Below, piece after piece: positions 1 through 9,619 of a stretch of 34,626 nt of DNA (positions are counted from its first letter, which is position 1; each line of letters opens with the position of its first letter). The position numbers were made by a program, and so were the translations under genes. The stretch spans positions 1 to 34,626 of the forward strand of contig JBLWGC010000167.1 in the NCBI GenBank assembly GCA_048772705.1, read 5' to 3'. The notes under the pieces were generated by a model that did not search any database, had not been told where the DNA came from, and worked only from the letters and a program-made list of their open reading frames with translations. Source of the DNA: Leidyana gryllorum EB-2025a (lineage: Eukaryota > Protista > Apicomplexa).

Positions 1-4
1 CCAT

Positions 5-66
5 CCCCCGCTCCAGACTCATTGCCTTGTGGTCACCCCCGCTCCAGACTCATTACTTTGTGGTCA
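5..66. repeat. 31-bp tandem duplication of the Trp-Gly spacer
   Basis: 5-35 and 36-66 differ at 2 nt; single copy near 7591 and 16405. Confidence 0.9.
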
Positions 67-82
67 GGAATGGAGGTGTCAC

Positions 83-153
83 GCATCTGTGGTCTAGTGG
101 TAGAATGTCTCGTTGCCATCGAGACGACCCGGGTTCGATTCCCGGCAGATGCA
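83..153 (+). tRNA. trnG: tRNA-Gly(GCC), intact
   Basis: Full cloverleaf GCATCTG/CAGATGC, GTTCGATT T-loop. Confidence 0.95.
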
Positions 154-228
154 GAGGACACATGGTTGTTTTTCACCATTCCAGAAATTCATGCGTGAGT
201 TGGTGTTTGACCCTCCGATCACATCGCA

Positions 229-310
229 CGACAACTGCTGGATTTGAACCAGCGCGGGCCAGGCCCAGTAGATTTCGAGTCTACCCCCTTAACCACTCGG
301 GCAAGTTGCC
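229..310 (-). tRNA. trnS: tRNA-Ser(CGA), intact
   Basis: 82 nt, long variable arm, G73, loop CT-CGA-AA. Confidence 0.93.
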
Positions 311-431
311 AACGGTAGAACTCGGCATGCCGCAGGCAGTGGCTTCACATACGGTTCAGCAGCTTGACTCGGACCGCTCGCGCTGTCCGAACCCGCGGTC
401 TCTCCATTGAAAGTCTTGCGCTCTCCAGACT

Positions 432-1589
432 ACCCCGCGTGTGAATAGGGAGAGAAAGCCGTGTCGCAGGGTGCGAGAGCCGATCGGAGGCGAGTGGTAA
501 TGTCGACGAGCGTAGCGGAGCAGCAGGCGGTAGCGGAGAGGTATCGGACCGGGGAGGGGCACCCTGGCTTGATTCATGGCTAGAGGCAGATGAGTTGCGG
601 AAGTGACGTGGCCCGGCCGGCCGTTGCAGCATTGAACTAGCAGCTGAGTTCAAAAGGGCGGTGGTCCCCGACTGGAGAGATTCAGTCATTGCGGTCTGGA
701 GGAATACAGCGGCAGCTTGTAGTTGGCCTTCGGTGGCAGTATGTGGATCACAATCAATGGTAGTCACCGGAGCAGAGGCGAGGGCGGTCTTCGAGGCGGT
801 GGTAGTCAGCGGAGCAGCGGTGGTGGTAGTCAGCCGAGCCTTAGCATACAATATTTGACACGCAGCCAGCGTCGATTGCAATGGGATGGCGATGGGGGTG
901 GCGTGGATTCCTCCTTTACGTGGGTTGGGCTGAGGGGTTGAAGGAACGTCAAGAAGATTACTTGGGGCTGAAAGCAGCCCAAGAAGGCGTGCTCGAGTGC
1001 TTGCGGGACAACCCAAGCTAATGGCGGAACCGCGATCTGCCTATGGACGTTCTTTCGGCCCTATTCAAAGCGGAGTGTGAGCAACGAGGAGTATGGGACC
1101 CGTTTGGGTACTCGCGAAATGACGATGTCCGCCTTTATAGAGTGAGGGAATGGTGTAGTGCTTTACTTGACTGTATTGAGCTCGGTTTATTCGAGGTGCT
1201 GGAGGTCAACCCCCTTCATAAAGCAGGAAGAGGGAGACTAAGTTTAGTTAAGTTGTAATTCAGCTGGACCATCTGTGTCCCCTTTTTCGTGCTGCATGTC
1301 TCCTCAACCGAGCCGCTAAGGCCCTTAGTCGAGACCCCGTCCAGTCATTAGAACCTTACCAAAGCCCATCTCATCCAAGCTATGAGTCGTACACTAGCTC
1401 TGTAACGCCCGAGCCTTAGCGAAGGCAACACGAGCTCTGCTGTACCGTTTCAGAGGCCGGTCGCCTAGGTACTAGGGGTGTGCTAGGGCTAGAGATCTGT
1501 CCAATATCGTAGCGTTACGATCAGTTCCATGCCGCTACAGCACTCCTACGTGCTCTATCAGCTCCAACGAGTAGCAGAAAGCATATATA
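432..1589. repeat. Left arm of long inverted repeat (non-tRNA)
   Basis: Reverse complement of 2843-3993, with ~6 substitutions and ~5 indels by eye; looser symmetry extends out to 221/4205. Confidence 0.95.
1043..1258 (+). CDS. Hypothetical ORF (MDVLSALFK...), possibly part of a longer interrupted frame
   Basis: ATG start; mirrored at 3012-3374(-); in frame with the MPLQH ORF at 1529. Confidence 0.2.
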   Translation: MDVLSALFKAECEQRGVWDPFGYSRNDDVRLYRVREWCSALLDCIELGLFEVLEVNPLHKAGRGRLSLVKL

Positions 1590-2051
1590 GACTAGATCTA
1601 AACTCGAGATGGTTCACCATTCTACCCAGATTTCAAGGTTTGCGCTGACTAACTATTCCCGATCTTGAACTCCCCTCCGTCTGTTGACCTTTCGCAGGAA
1701 GGGCAAGAGACAGGAGTAGGGCCCGTTTCACTACAAAACCTCGAATCCTTTTTGTCTGCAATGTCCTAGCGTGTTCTCGTGTTCTCTCGGTTGTCTGTCA
1801 CTGAACGAAGTACCATGATGTCGGGGCTCTCTGCTGCTACTACCACTATCATCGATCAGTTGAAGCCAGAGTCGTGGGGCCAGGTACAATTCCGACTCAG
1901 CTTCCCCCCTCTGAACGATGGAATGCAAGATGGGCGAGTTGCTGGTGCGGGTGAAGCCTGTGCGAGCTGCAGTGACCACTCCCTCGGTCGCAACGGTGCA
2001 TACCGTCCGGATCCGTCAGCGGAGCAGCGGCGGTGGCAGTGGCGGTCGTAG

Positions 2052-2903
2052 TCAGCAGATCATTGGCGGCGGCGGTCTTCGAGGCGGTGGCAGTGGCGGT
2101 GGCGCCCCGACGCTTGGCTCCCGGCGGAGCAGAACGCTTGACGGCTTGGATCGCAACGCTTTGTAATTTTTAGTTGCGACACTTACTGAGTGCGGGTCTG
2201 GGACTTCGGGGCCCAAATGTCTCCGTCCCCGATAGTGCGACTGGATCGAAATTTTCATTTTCAGTCCGTGTCGCTCACCTCTCTTCACTCGTGGCCGCTC
2301 ATCGGCTCTCGGCTGCGGCGATGCCAGCACGTCCAAGATCTGCGGCGCGGCGCGGGTCAGTCCGAGCGCGGGGTCCGCTCTTAGAACGTGCTCGAGCAGC
2401 TGCGGCCGATCGCACCACTCGACCTGGTTGAGAAGGCTGAATAAAAACAGCCAGTGCCTTCTGAGGTGGTCAGGAGCCGCTGGTAGGTAGATATAGTAGT
2501 GCGTGTGTAGACAACATACTTGAGTGTGGTGGGGGCCACTTCTTAGTCGGTGGGGAGACGCAGCGAGTAGCAGCAGGTAAGGCACTGACGAGTCCCGCGG
2601 TGTGTGGCAGATACCGATCCATACACCCTCGGTCGGAATTCCACGCACGAAAGACTCCCTCGATTGAGAGGAATCTTTCATGCAGGCCGATTGACGGCGA
2701 TAGCGGAGCCCCACCACTCGATAACGAACTCCATTTATGGTGACATCCTCCGAGGCGTGGAGTGTCGTATCATGGAGTTGCTCTCGAACATGGGGCTGGT
2801 GTATCACACAGGCCAATGCGGATGGCTGTGGGACGTACAAAGTATATATGCTTTCTGCTACTCGTTGGAGCTCATAGAGCACGTAGGAGTGCTGTAGCGG
2901 CAT
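2052..2903 (-). CDS. Hypothetical 283-aa protein
   Basis: Longest ATG ORF in the window; first ~20 codons lie in the repeat arm; no domain recognised. Confidence 0.3.
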   Translation of the reverse strand: MPLQHSYVLYELQRVAESIYTLYVPQPSALACVIHQPHVREQLHDTTLHASEDVTINGVRYRVVGLRYRRQSACMKDSSQSRESFVRGIPTEGVWIGICHTPRDSSVPYLLLLAASPHRLRSGPHHTQVCCLHTHYYIYLPAAPDHLRRHWLFLFSLLNQVEWCDRPQLLEHVLRADPALGLTRAAPQILDVLASPQPRADERPRVKRGERHGLKMKISIQSHYRGRRHLGPEVPDPHSVSVATKNYKALRSKPSSVLLRREPSVGAPPPLPPPRRPPPPMIC

Positions 2904-3993
2904 GGAACTGATCGTAACGCTACGATATTGGACAGATCTCTAGCCCTAGCACACCCTAGTACCTAGGCGACCGGCCTCTGAAACGGTTCAGCAGAGCTCG
3001 TGTTGCCTTCGCTAAGGCTCCGGCGTTACAGAGCTAGTGTACGACTCATAGCTTGGATGAGATGGGCTTTGGTAAGGTTCTAATGACTGGACGGGGTCTC
3101 GACTAAGGGCCTTAGCGGCTCGGTTGAGGAGACATGCAGCACGAAAAAGGGGACACAGATACAACTTAACTAAACTTAGTCTCCCTCTTCCTGCTTTATG
3201 AAGGGGGTTGACCTCCAGCACCTCGAATAAACCGAGCTCAATACAGTCAAGTAGAGCACTACACCATTCCCTCACTCTATAAAGGCGGACATCGTCATTT
3301 CGCGAGTACCCAAACGGGTCCCATACTCCTCGTTGCTCACACTCCGCTTTGAATAGGGCCGAAAGAACGTCCATAGGCAGATCGCGGTTCCGCCATTAGC
3401 TTGGGTTGTCCCGCAAGCACTCGAGCACGCCTTCTTGGGCTGCTTTCAGCCCCAAGTAATCTTCTTGACGTTCCTTCAACCCCTCAGCCCAACCCACGTA
3501 AAGGAGGAATCCACGCCACCCCCATCGCCATCCCCATTGCAATCGACGCTGGCTGCGTGTCAAATATTGTATGCTAAGGCTCGGCTGACTACCACCACCG
3601 CTGCTCCGCTGACTACCACCGCCTCGAAGACCGCCCTCGCCTCTGCTCCGGTGACTACCATTGATTGTGATCCACAAACTGCCACCGAAGGCCAACTACA
3701 AGCTGCCGCTGTATTCCTCCAGACCGCAATGACTGGAATCTCTCCAGTCGGGGGCCACCGCCCTTTTGAACTCAGCTGCTAGTTCAATGCTGCAACGGCC
3801 GGCCGGGGAGGGGCCACGTCACTTCCGCAACTCATCTGCCTCTAGCCATGAATCAAGCCACGGTGCCCCTCCCCGGTCCGATACCTCTCCGCTACCGCCT
3901 GCTGCTCCGCTACGCTCGTCGACATTACCACTCGCCTCCGATCGGCTCTCGCACCCTGCGACACGGCTTTCTCTCCCTATTCACACGCGGGGT
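2843..3993. repeat. Right arm of long inverted repeat
   Basis: Reverse complement of 432-1589. Confidence 0.95.
3012..3374 (-). CDS. Hypothetical 120-aa ORF, mirror of 1043
   Basis: Same first 71 aa; a 14-bp indel changes the C-terminus. Confidence 0.2.
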   Translation of the reverse strand: MDVLSALFKAECEQRGVWDPFGYSRNDDVRLYRVREWCSALLDCIELGLFEVLEVNPLHKAGRGRLSLVKLYLCPLFRAACLLNRAAKALSRDPVQSLEPYQSPSHPSYESYTSSVTPEP

Positions 3994-4045
3994 AGTCGGG
4001 AGAGCGCAAGACTTTCAATGGAGAGACCGCGGGTTCGGGCAGCGC
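3994..4045 (+). pseudogene. 5'-truncated tRNA-Lys relic at the island junction (mirror ~380-431)
   Basis: AGTCGG.AGAGCGCAAGACTTT..CGCGGGTTCG matches the Lys genes. Confidence 0.75.
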
Positions 4046-4115
4046 GACCCGTCCGAGTTAAGCTTGCTGAACCGTATATGAAGCCACTGTCTGCGGCATG
4101 CCGAGTTCGACAGGT

Positions 4116-4197
4116 GGCAACTTGCCCGAGTGGTTAAGGGGGTAGACTAGAAATCTACTGGGCCTGGCCCGCGCTGGTTCAAATCCAGCAGTTGTCG
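4116..4197 (+). tRNA. trnS: tRNA-Ser(AGA), intact
   Basis: Identical to 229-310 except N34. Confidence 0.93.
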
Positions 4198-4261
4198 TGC
4201 GATGTGGTGGAGATGATGCAATTCCCAGCATCAAGAACTCATATGGGTCGGGACAGGGAAT

Positions 4262-4333
4262 GCCTCTTTAGCTTAGGGGCAGAGCATTCGCTTTGTAAGC
4301 GAAAGGTCGCTGGTTCGATTCCGGCAGGAGGCT
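4262..4333 (+). tRNA. trnT: tRNA-Thr(TGT)
   Basis: Cloverleaf, TTCGC-TT-TGT-AA-GCGAA. Confidence 0.88.
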
Positions 4334-4510
4334 TCAGTTATGAGCCCAAACATGGTTGCGATATCCGCCCGCATTTTCGGACGGCGGCTTGCAGACAGCA
4401 CTCGACCATCTCGCCGAAGTGTTGTTGGCTCGCCGTTTCACCCGTTTGCCGTGCGTGTACTCTCAATATGCGAGGACTTCTGGGGTTGGGGGCCGGCGTG
4501 TTTACTAGCG

Positions 4511-4581
4511 TCCGAGATAGTATAGTGGTCAGTATTTCCGCCTGTCACGCGGAAGACCAGGATCGATTCCCGGTCTCGAAG
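4511..4581 (+). pseudogene. tRNA-Asp(GTC) pseudogene
   Basis: T-arm damaged (CCAGGATCGA). Confidence 0.8.
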
Positions 4582-4635
4582 CACATTGGTTTCGCTTGAG
4601 ACTGTCTTTTTTGGTGCGTGCTGAAGGTTGCGAGC

Positions 4636-4708
4636 TACAGCCACCGAGGATCGAATTCGGGACCTTCTGCGTGTAAAGCAGACGTCGTAACCACTAGACC
4701 ATGGCTGC
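4636..4708 (-). tRNA. trnV: tRNA-Val(TAC), one T-stem mismatch
   Basis: Val body with TAC anticodon, G53A. Confidence 0.75.
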
Positions 4709-4772
4709 ATGGATGGTCCCCGCAGCCCAAGAGAAGTGGCGAAGCTTCAGGGAGTAGTGAGGACCAGTTCAA

Positions 4773-4842
4773 GGGTCGGGCCGGGATCGAACCCAAGTCG
4801 GGAAATCCAAAATGTCCAGTGCTAACCACCAAGGACGCAATC
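4773..4842 (-). pseudogene. tRNA-Gln(TTG)-like relic (also 12812-12881 -, 18469-18538 +)
   Basis: Aligns to the Gln-CTG genes, stems broken. Confidence 0.75.
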
Positions 4843-5034
4843 GGTTCAGCCCATCCCAGAACAGTCGGACTGGCGCTCCCTCAACTAGAACACATGCAAC
4901 ACGGGTCTCTCTACAAACCTCTGAAGTATTGTAACTGGATTTTGTATACACCCCCCAGCGTAAAGAGTTGGATTCGAGTCGGCCAAAATCCTCAGTTCAA
5001 TCATTGAAGCAGATGCGCTCTCCCCGAATGCTAC

Positions 5035-5116
5035 CGACAAGGGTGAGATTCGAACTCACGCGGGTAGAACCCAACGGCTTAGCAGGCCGCCGCCTTAACC
5101 ACTCGGCCACCTTGCC
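5035..5116 (-). tRNA. trnS: tRNA-Ser(GCT), intact
   Basis: 82-nt cloverleaf with long variable arm. Confidence 0.95.
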
Positions 5117-5224
5117 GACGACATGTCTTACTCGCTGCCATTTTTTCACAACGGTTTGGGGGAGGTTCTGAGATCGAAGACTTCTTTCACCCCACGAGTA
5201 TCGAGATGACCGAAGCCTCTCCAT

Positions 5225-5297
5225 GGTGCGGTGGCCTACTGGATAGGGCATCGGTCTTCGGAACCGGGAGTTGTGGGTCCGAGGCCCATCCGCATCA
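5225..5297 (+). pseudogene. tRNA-Arg(TCG), B-box mutated
   Basis: GTCCGAGG versus GTTCGAGT at 15415. Confidence 0.8.
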
Positions 5298-5521
5298 TAG
5301 CCTCTCACTCGGAAGACGTTCCGTTTCGACCGAGGCAAGCTTGCTAGCTGTATGAGAGCCGCTGCCCCGTATGTCGAGTTGAAATGCTAGTGGTATCAGT
5401 TTCCTTCGTCTGTGGAAGTGCTCGATTCGATCCCCGAACAGTCCGTTTTTGAGTAGGTTGCAGACAGCTGGAAGCAGAAATTGCCCCAGTCTCTCGGGGG
5501 TGCTGCAGATTTTTCGCAATT

Positions 5522-5592
5522 GCACTTGTGGTCTAAGGGTAAGATGCGACCCTTCCAAGGTCGTAACCCGGGTTCGAGTCCCGGCAGGTGCA
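5522..5592 (+). tRNA. trnG: tRNA-Gly(TCC), intact
   Basis: Full cloverleaf. Confidence 0.93.
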
Positions 5593-5656
5593 GCCGTTTG
5601 TAGCTCGAACGACCTGTCTATCGGTGAAGGGGGACGACTCAATACAATACAACGGT

Positions 5657-5736
5657 TGACAAGAGTGGGATTCGAACCCACGCCCTTTCGGACTGCGGCC
5701 TTAACACAGCGCCTTAGACCACTCGGCCATCTTGCC
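5657..5736 (-). tRNA. trnL: tRNA-Leu(AAG), intact
   Basis: 80 nt, variable arm, TT-AAG-GC. Confidence 0.93.
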
Positions 5737-5956
5737 GGAGTATTGTTGGCTCGCCACTTTACACGCTTTCTGTCTGTGAAGTCTCGAGAAGTGAGGACTT
5801 TTGGGGTTGAAGGTCGGAGTATGGAATGGAACAAGAGCCTCACACGAATTACGTTGTAAGAAGTCCACTCCTCAACTCCCGGTGGGACGGCATTTACCCG
5901 CCGAATATGTACCATCTTGAGAGGAGACGGAGCGTCGGGTCAACCGACAAGCAACG

Positions 5957-6028
5957 GGGCTGTTCTGGGAATCGAACCGAGGACTTCTTCCACCCGAAGG
6001 AAGAATCATACCACTAGACCAAACAGCC
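5957..6028 (-). tRNA. trnP: tRNA-Pro(CGG), one T-stem mismatch
   Basis: Cloverleaf, TT-CGG-GT. Confidence 0.8.
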
Positions 6029-6115
6029 GCCTGTCGGTCGTGCAACCCGCTGAGGACAGTTAGATAGTGGTCATACTATGTTGAGAACCAACAAATGCGA
6101 TGGGGTGTGCACAGC

Positions 6116-6193
6116 GGGCGACTAGCTCAAATGATATAGCGCTCGCTTTGCATTGCATGCGAGAGGTACTGGGATCGATACCCAGGTCGTCCA
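6116..6193 (+). pseudogene. tRNA-Ala(TGC) with TTGCA duplication in the anticodon loop
   Basis: 78 nt; D-loop also mutated. Confidence 0.8.
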
Positions 6194-6517
6194 AACTCAG
6201 TAGGGCGGCAGCTGTCGGTGCTACACGACCCAGTAGCAATGTTCTTCCAAACGAGGAAAAATCATACCTTCAGACCAAACAACCCCCAGTCGGCCTGCCT
6301 GGCGACGGCACTCATAGCTGTCAAATCAGTCCGCATCTCAAGAACCACATTTACGCTTCCTTCATGATATCCGACGCTGGAGTAGTGGAACTCAGTGCGA
6401 GAGTGTTGGGCTTATGACTGCAAGGTCCGTCAATCGGCACGACGCACTGTCAAGTGTCCGCAGGAGGATACTCTGCTATGCACTCGGTGGTCTCGTTCGG
6501 CTGTCATTGAATTGATT

Positions 6518-6591
6518 TGCTCCCCGGGGGGATCGAACCCTCGACCTTCGGCACATAAGGCCGATGCTCTAACCAGCTGAGCTAGGGGAGC
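6518..6591 (-). tRNA. trnI: tRNA-Ile(TAT), intronless
   Basis: TCGGC-CT-TAT-GT-GCCGA; one T-stem mismatch. Confidence 0.8.
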
Positions 6592-6967
6592 AATCAACGC
6601 CGTGCCACCGCGTCACTCATATTCGAATTCATCTGAGGGGATTGTTACAGAATGCGCCTGGCTCGTGCCGACCGAGCTTGTCAGTAATATGTCTGACTCG
6701 CTGGCAATTTGCCACACCGGTATAAGGCGTGGCTTCTGCATCTGCCGGGAATTGAATCTGGGTCGTCTCGGTGGCAACGACACGTTCTACATGCAATGAT
6801 TGAAGTGAGCTTTCTGTCCGACCCAAATCCAACGTCTACGCTGGGCGCTATAGACAGGAGCCACTTAAAACATTTCAGAAGTCTGTAGAGAGACCTGTGT
6901 TGCGTGAGCCAGTAGAGGAAGCGCTAGTACGGATAATTCGACAGACTCTTCTGGGATGGACTGAATG

Positions 6968-7039
6968 GGTTGCTTGGTGTAGTGGTTAGCACTGGAGACT
7001 CTGAATCTCCCGACCTGGGTTCGATTCCCGGCGCGACCT
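6968..7039 (+). tRNA. trnQ: tRNA-Gln(CTG)
   Basis: Cloverleaf, 7:66 mismatch. Confidence 0.8.
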
Positions 7040-7102
7040 CAAAACTAGTCCTCACTACTTCGTAAAACCTGGCCACTTCTTTTGGTCTGCGGGACCGCCG
7101 CT

Positions 7103-7175
7103 GCAGCCATGGTCTAGTGGTCACGACGTCTGCTTCACACGCAGAAGGTCCCGAGTTCGATCCTCGGTGGCTGTA
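7103..7175 (+). tRNA. trnV: tRNA-Val(CAC), intact
   Basis: Full cloverleaf. Confidence 0.93.
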
Positions 7176-7230
7176 GCTCGCAACTTTCAGCGGGAACCAA
7201 AGGGGTGAATCTTAAGCGAAATCAACTGTG

Positions 7231-7301
7231 CTCCGAGACCGGGAATCGAACCCGGGTCTTCCGCGTGACAGGCGGAAATACTAACACTATACTATCTCGG
7301 A
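7231..7301 (-). pseudogene. tRNA-Asp(GTC), 1-nt D-loop deletion
   Basis: D-loop GG reduced to G. Confidence 0.7.
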
Positions 7302-7395
7302 CGCTCTGAAGACGCCGGCCTCCAATCCCAAAAGTCTTTCCATATCCAGAATCCAAGAACAGAAAACGCGTGGAGCGGCGAGCCAACACAGTCCC

Positions 7396-7475
7396 GTCAA
7401 GATGGCCGAGTGGTCTGAGGCGCTGTGCCTAAACCGGAGTCCGAAAGGGCGTGGGTTCGAATCCCACTTTTGCCA
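7396..7475 (+). pseudogene. tRNA-Leu pseudogene
   Basis: Anticodon arm degenerate. Confidence 0.8.
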
Positions 7476-7511
7476 GGTTGCGCCCTAAACGGGAAAAACA
7501 TAGAGTCTGTT

Positions 7512-7582
7512 TGAGCCAGAGTGATTCGAAAACCTAACCATCTGATCTGGAGTCAGACGCGCTACCGTTGCGCCATAGGCCC
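7512..7582 (-). pseudogene. tRNA-Trp(CCA) pseudogene
   Basis: TCTGA-CT-CCA-GA-TCAGA intact, T-arm broken. Confidence 0.8.
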
Positions 7583-7637
7583 AAAACCATCCCCCGCTCC
7601 AGACTCATTACTTTGTGGTCAGGGATGGACGTGTCAG

Positions 7638-7708
7638 GCATCTGTGGTCTAGTGGTACAATGTCTCGTTGCCATCGAGACGACCCGGGTGCGATTCCCGG
7701 CAGATGCA
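7638..7708 (+). pseudogene. tRNA-Gly(GCC), B-box mutated
   Basis: GTGCGA T-loop. Confidence 0.75.
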
Positions 7709-7976
7709 GAGGAGATGGCACATGGTTGATTGTGCCACGCCAGGCCCAGTAGATTTCTAGTCTACCCCCTAACCCGTCACATACGGTTCAGCAAGCTTGA
7801 CTCGGACTTCTCGCGCTGCCTGCACCTGCGGTCTCCCATCAAAAGTCTTGCGCTCTACCGACGGAGCTGGCGCGGCAGGGAAGCTCGGACTTGGTAACAA
7901 GCTCCTTTCGTACTGGTCGCAGAGCCTTGGGGCTTCCTCGAGTCCAGGGCGACTCTTTATCAGAGATCCCCTCACT

Positions 7977-8050
7977 TGGTCACGCCCGGGCTCGAACCGG
8001 GGACCTTGAGCTTATTAGGCTCACGCTCTAACCGACTGAGCTACGCGACC
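7977..8050 (-). tRNA. trnI: tRNA-Ile(AAT), intact
   Basis: Full cloverleaf. Confidence 0.95.
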
Positions 8051-8169
8051 GCCTCCGACGACAGATGGCACCGATTCACTTACTTGATGCCTCTGCGTTG
8101 CCACTGCAATCTCAAGCATGTACTGCTGGTGTTTTGAGCCCAGCCGCCTACTCCGATGACCGCAGCACA

Positions 8170-8250
8170 CGACAACTGCTGGATTTTAACCAGCGCGGAC
8201 CAGGCCCAGTAGCTTTCTAGTCTACCTCCTTAACCATCGGGACAGTTGCT
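8170..8250 (-). pseudogene. tRNA-Ser(AGA) pseudogene
   Basis: Many substitutions versus 4116. Confidence 0.8.
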
Positions 8251-8474
8251 GCTGTCGAACTTGGCCTTTTGCGGCCAGTGGCTTCACATACGGTTCAGCG
8301 AGCTTTACTAGGACTGCTCGCGCCGCCCGAACCCGCGGTTCTCCCTTCAAAAGTCTTGCGCTCTACCGACGGAGTTGGGGCGGCAAGGAAGCTCGCCCCG
8401 TACCTGAGGAATCCACGATCAATACCAATGGAATTGGTTACTAAGTCCGAATTTGTATCAGAGATCTACTCACT

Positions 8475-8546
8475 TGGTCAAGCCAGGATTCGGGCCTGGG
8501 TATGCACGGCCACAACTTGCTGTTGTAAGCACTAGACGACCGGGAC
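8475..8546 (-). pseudogene. tRNA-His(GTG) relic fused to the Ile 3' end and flank
   Basis: TT-GTG-GC loop; ends TGACCA plus Ile downstream flank. Confidence 0.65.
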
Positions 8547-8689
8547 AATCTTCAAGTGAGGCTGGTATGGTATGTCCCCGATGTCTCGAATGGGAGACGT
8601 AGGTGAAGTTTGTCCGAACCCACGATCGGGCGTAGCTGCCCATGCCTCTCTTGATCGCTACACACTTCCATTTGACGGCTCCGTTAGTC

Positions 8690-8762
8690 GGCGCTATGGC
8701 CTAATGGATATGGCATCGGTCTACGGAACCGGGGATTCTGGGTATGAGTCCCAGTAGCGTCT
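8690..8762 (+). pseudogene. tRNA-Arg(ACG), B-box mutated
   Basis: GTATGA T-loop. Confidence 0.8.
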
Positions 8763-9090
8763 GGGCGAATGGCCGGGTTGCAGCCTGTTGAGTCAACAAC
8801 GCAGATCCTGTCTTAGCTGTCAGGGACATTGTCCGGGATGGGTCGAGTGCCGTGTTGGGTCAACAACTATCAGACGGGCTGTTCTGGGAATGGAGCCCAG
8901 GACTTCTTTCACCCGAAGGAAAACTCATATAACTAGACCAAACGGCCCCCTGTGGTGCCTCAGGTAGTGGCAGGTTCCAAACCTGCGACTTCGTGGCTAA
9001 GAGACTTACCCTCTGATGGCTGAGCTACGAGGCTCAGCTACGATGATGGGAGTTTGCGATAAGCTTGCAAGTGCCCAGTCGATGCAGTCG

Positions 9091-9162
9091 AGCCTTCTGC
9101 CGGAATCGAGCCGGCGACTTCTCGCTTACGAAGCGAACGCTCTGCCCCTAAGCTAAGAAGGC
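9091..9162 (-). tRNA. trnT: tRNA-Thr(CGT), T54C variant
   Basis: Otherwise matches 33569. Confidence 0.7.
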
Positions 9163-9238
9163 AATGTAAGCCGGAGATAACGAAACAATCGCTATTCACG
9201 GAGATCAGTGTGGCACTTTGCTCGAGTAGTTCAATGAC

Positions 9239-9311
9239 TTCCACTGGCGGGACTTGAACCCGGATCGTGCGGGTGAAAGCCGCATATCCTAGCCACTTAA
9301 AATACAGTGGA
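9239..9311 (-). pseudogene. tRNA-Glu(TTC) degenerate
   Basis: D- and T-stem mismatches. Confidence 0.75.
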
Positions 9312-9407
9312 CAATTCCCTTAGCTGCAGGTTTAGCCGAGAGCCGTACCCTCTTCGAGACACCTCATACTATGTCAAGACCCCTAAACGCTCGCGGGTCT
9401 GCGCAAC

Positions 9408-9480
9408 GGGCGACTAGCTCAAATGGTAGAGCGCTCGCTTAGCATGCGAGAGGTACTGGGATCGATGCCCAGGTCGTCCA
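9408..9480 (+). tRNA. trnA: tRNA-Ala(AGC), intact
   Basis: G3:T70, GATCG T-loop typical of eukaryotic Ala. Confidence 0.95.
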
Positions 9481-9619
9481 AACTTCGTACAGAGGCACCC
9501 ACCGTATTGAAATACTCAGAGTTACGACCTTTGAAGGGTCCAAGACCACAAGTGCGGTTGAGAGAGTAGGGTGCCGCAGAACCCGGCCCTAACAGGTTTC
9601 GAACTTATCGATGCATCAA

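Larger units (their letters stand above)
432..3993. mobile_element. Putative foldback/long-TIR element or palindromic island
   Basis: Only large non-tRNA block; both ends join tRNA-Lys relics at the same D-arm position; no transposase or RT motif recognised. Confidence 0.4.

Noticed and set aside
345-1016. 223-aa Thr/Ala/Ser-rich ORF as a confident gene
   Set aside because: TTG start, low complexity, frameshifted in the mirror arm, and it runs into a tRNA relic
1464-1492. TAGGG telomere-like repeats
   Set aside because: Only two non-tandem matches
6066-6100. 5S rRNA-like start (GGTCATACTATGTTGA)
   Set aside because: Similarity ends after ~16 nt, and the motif recurs as the Ala upstream flank (9364, 17847)
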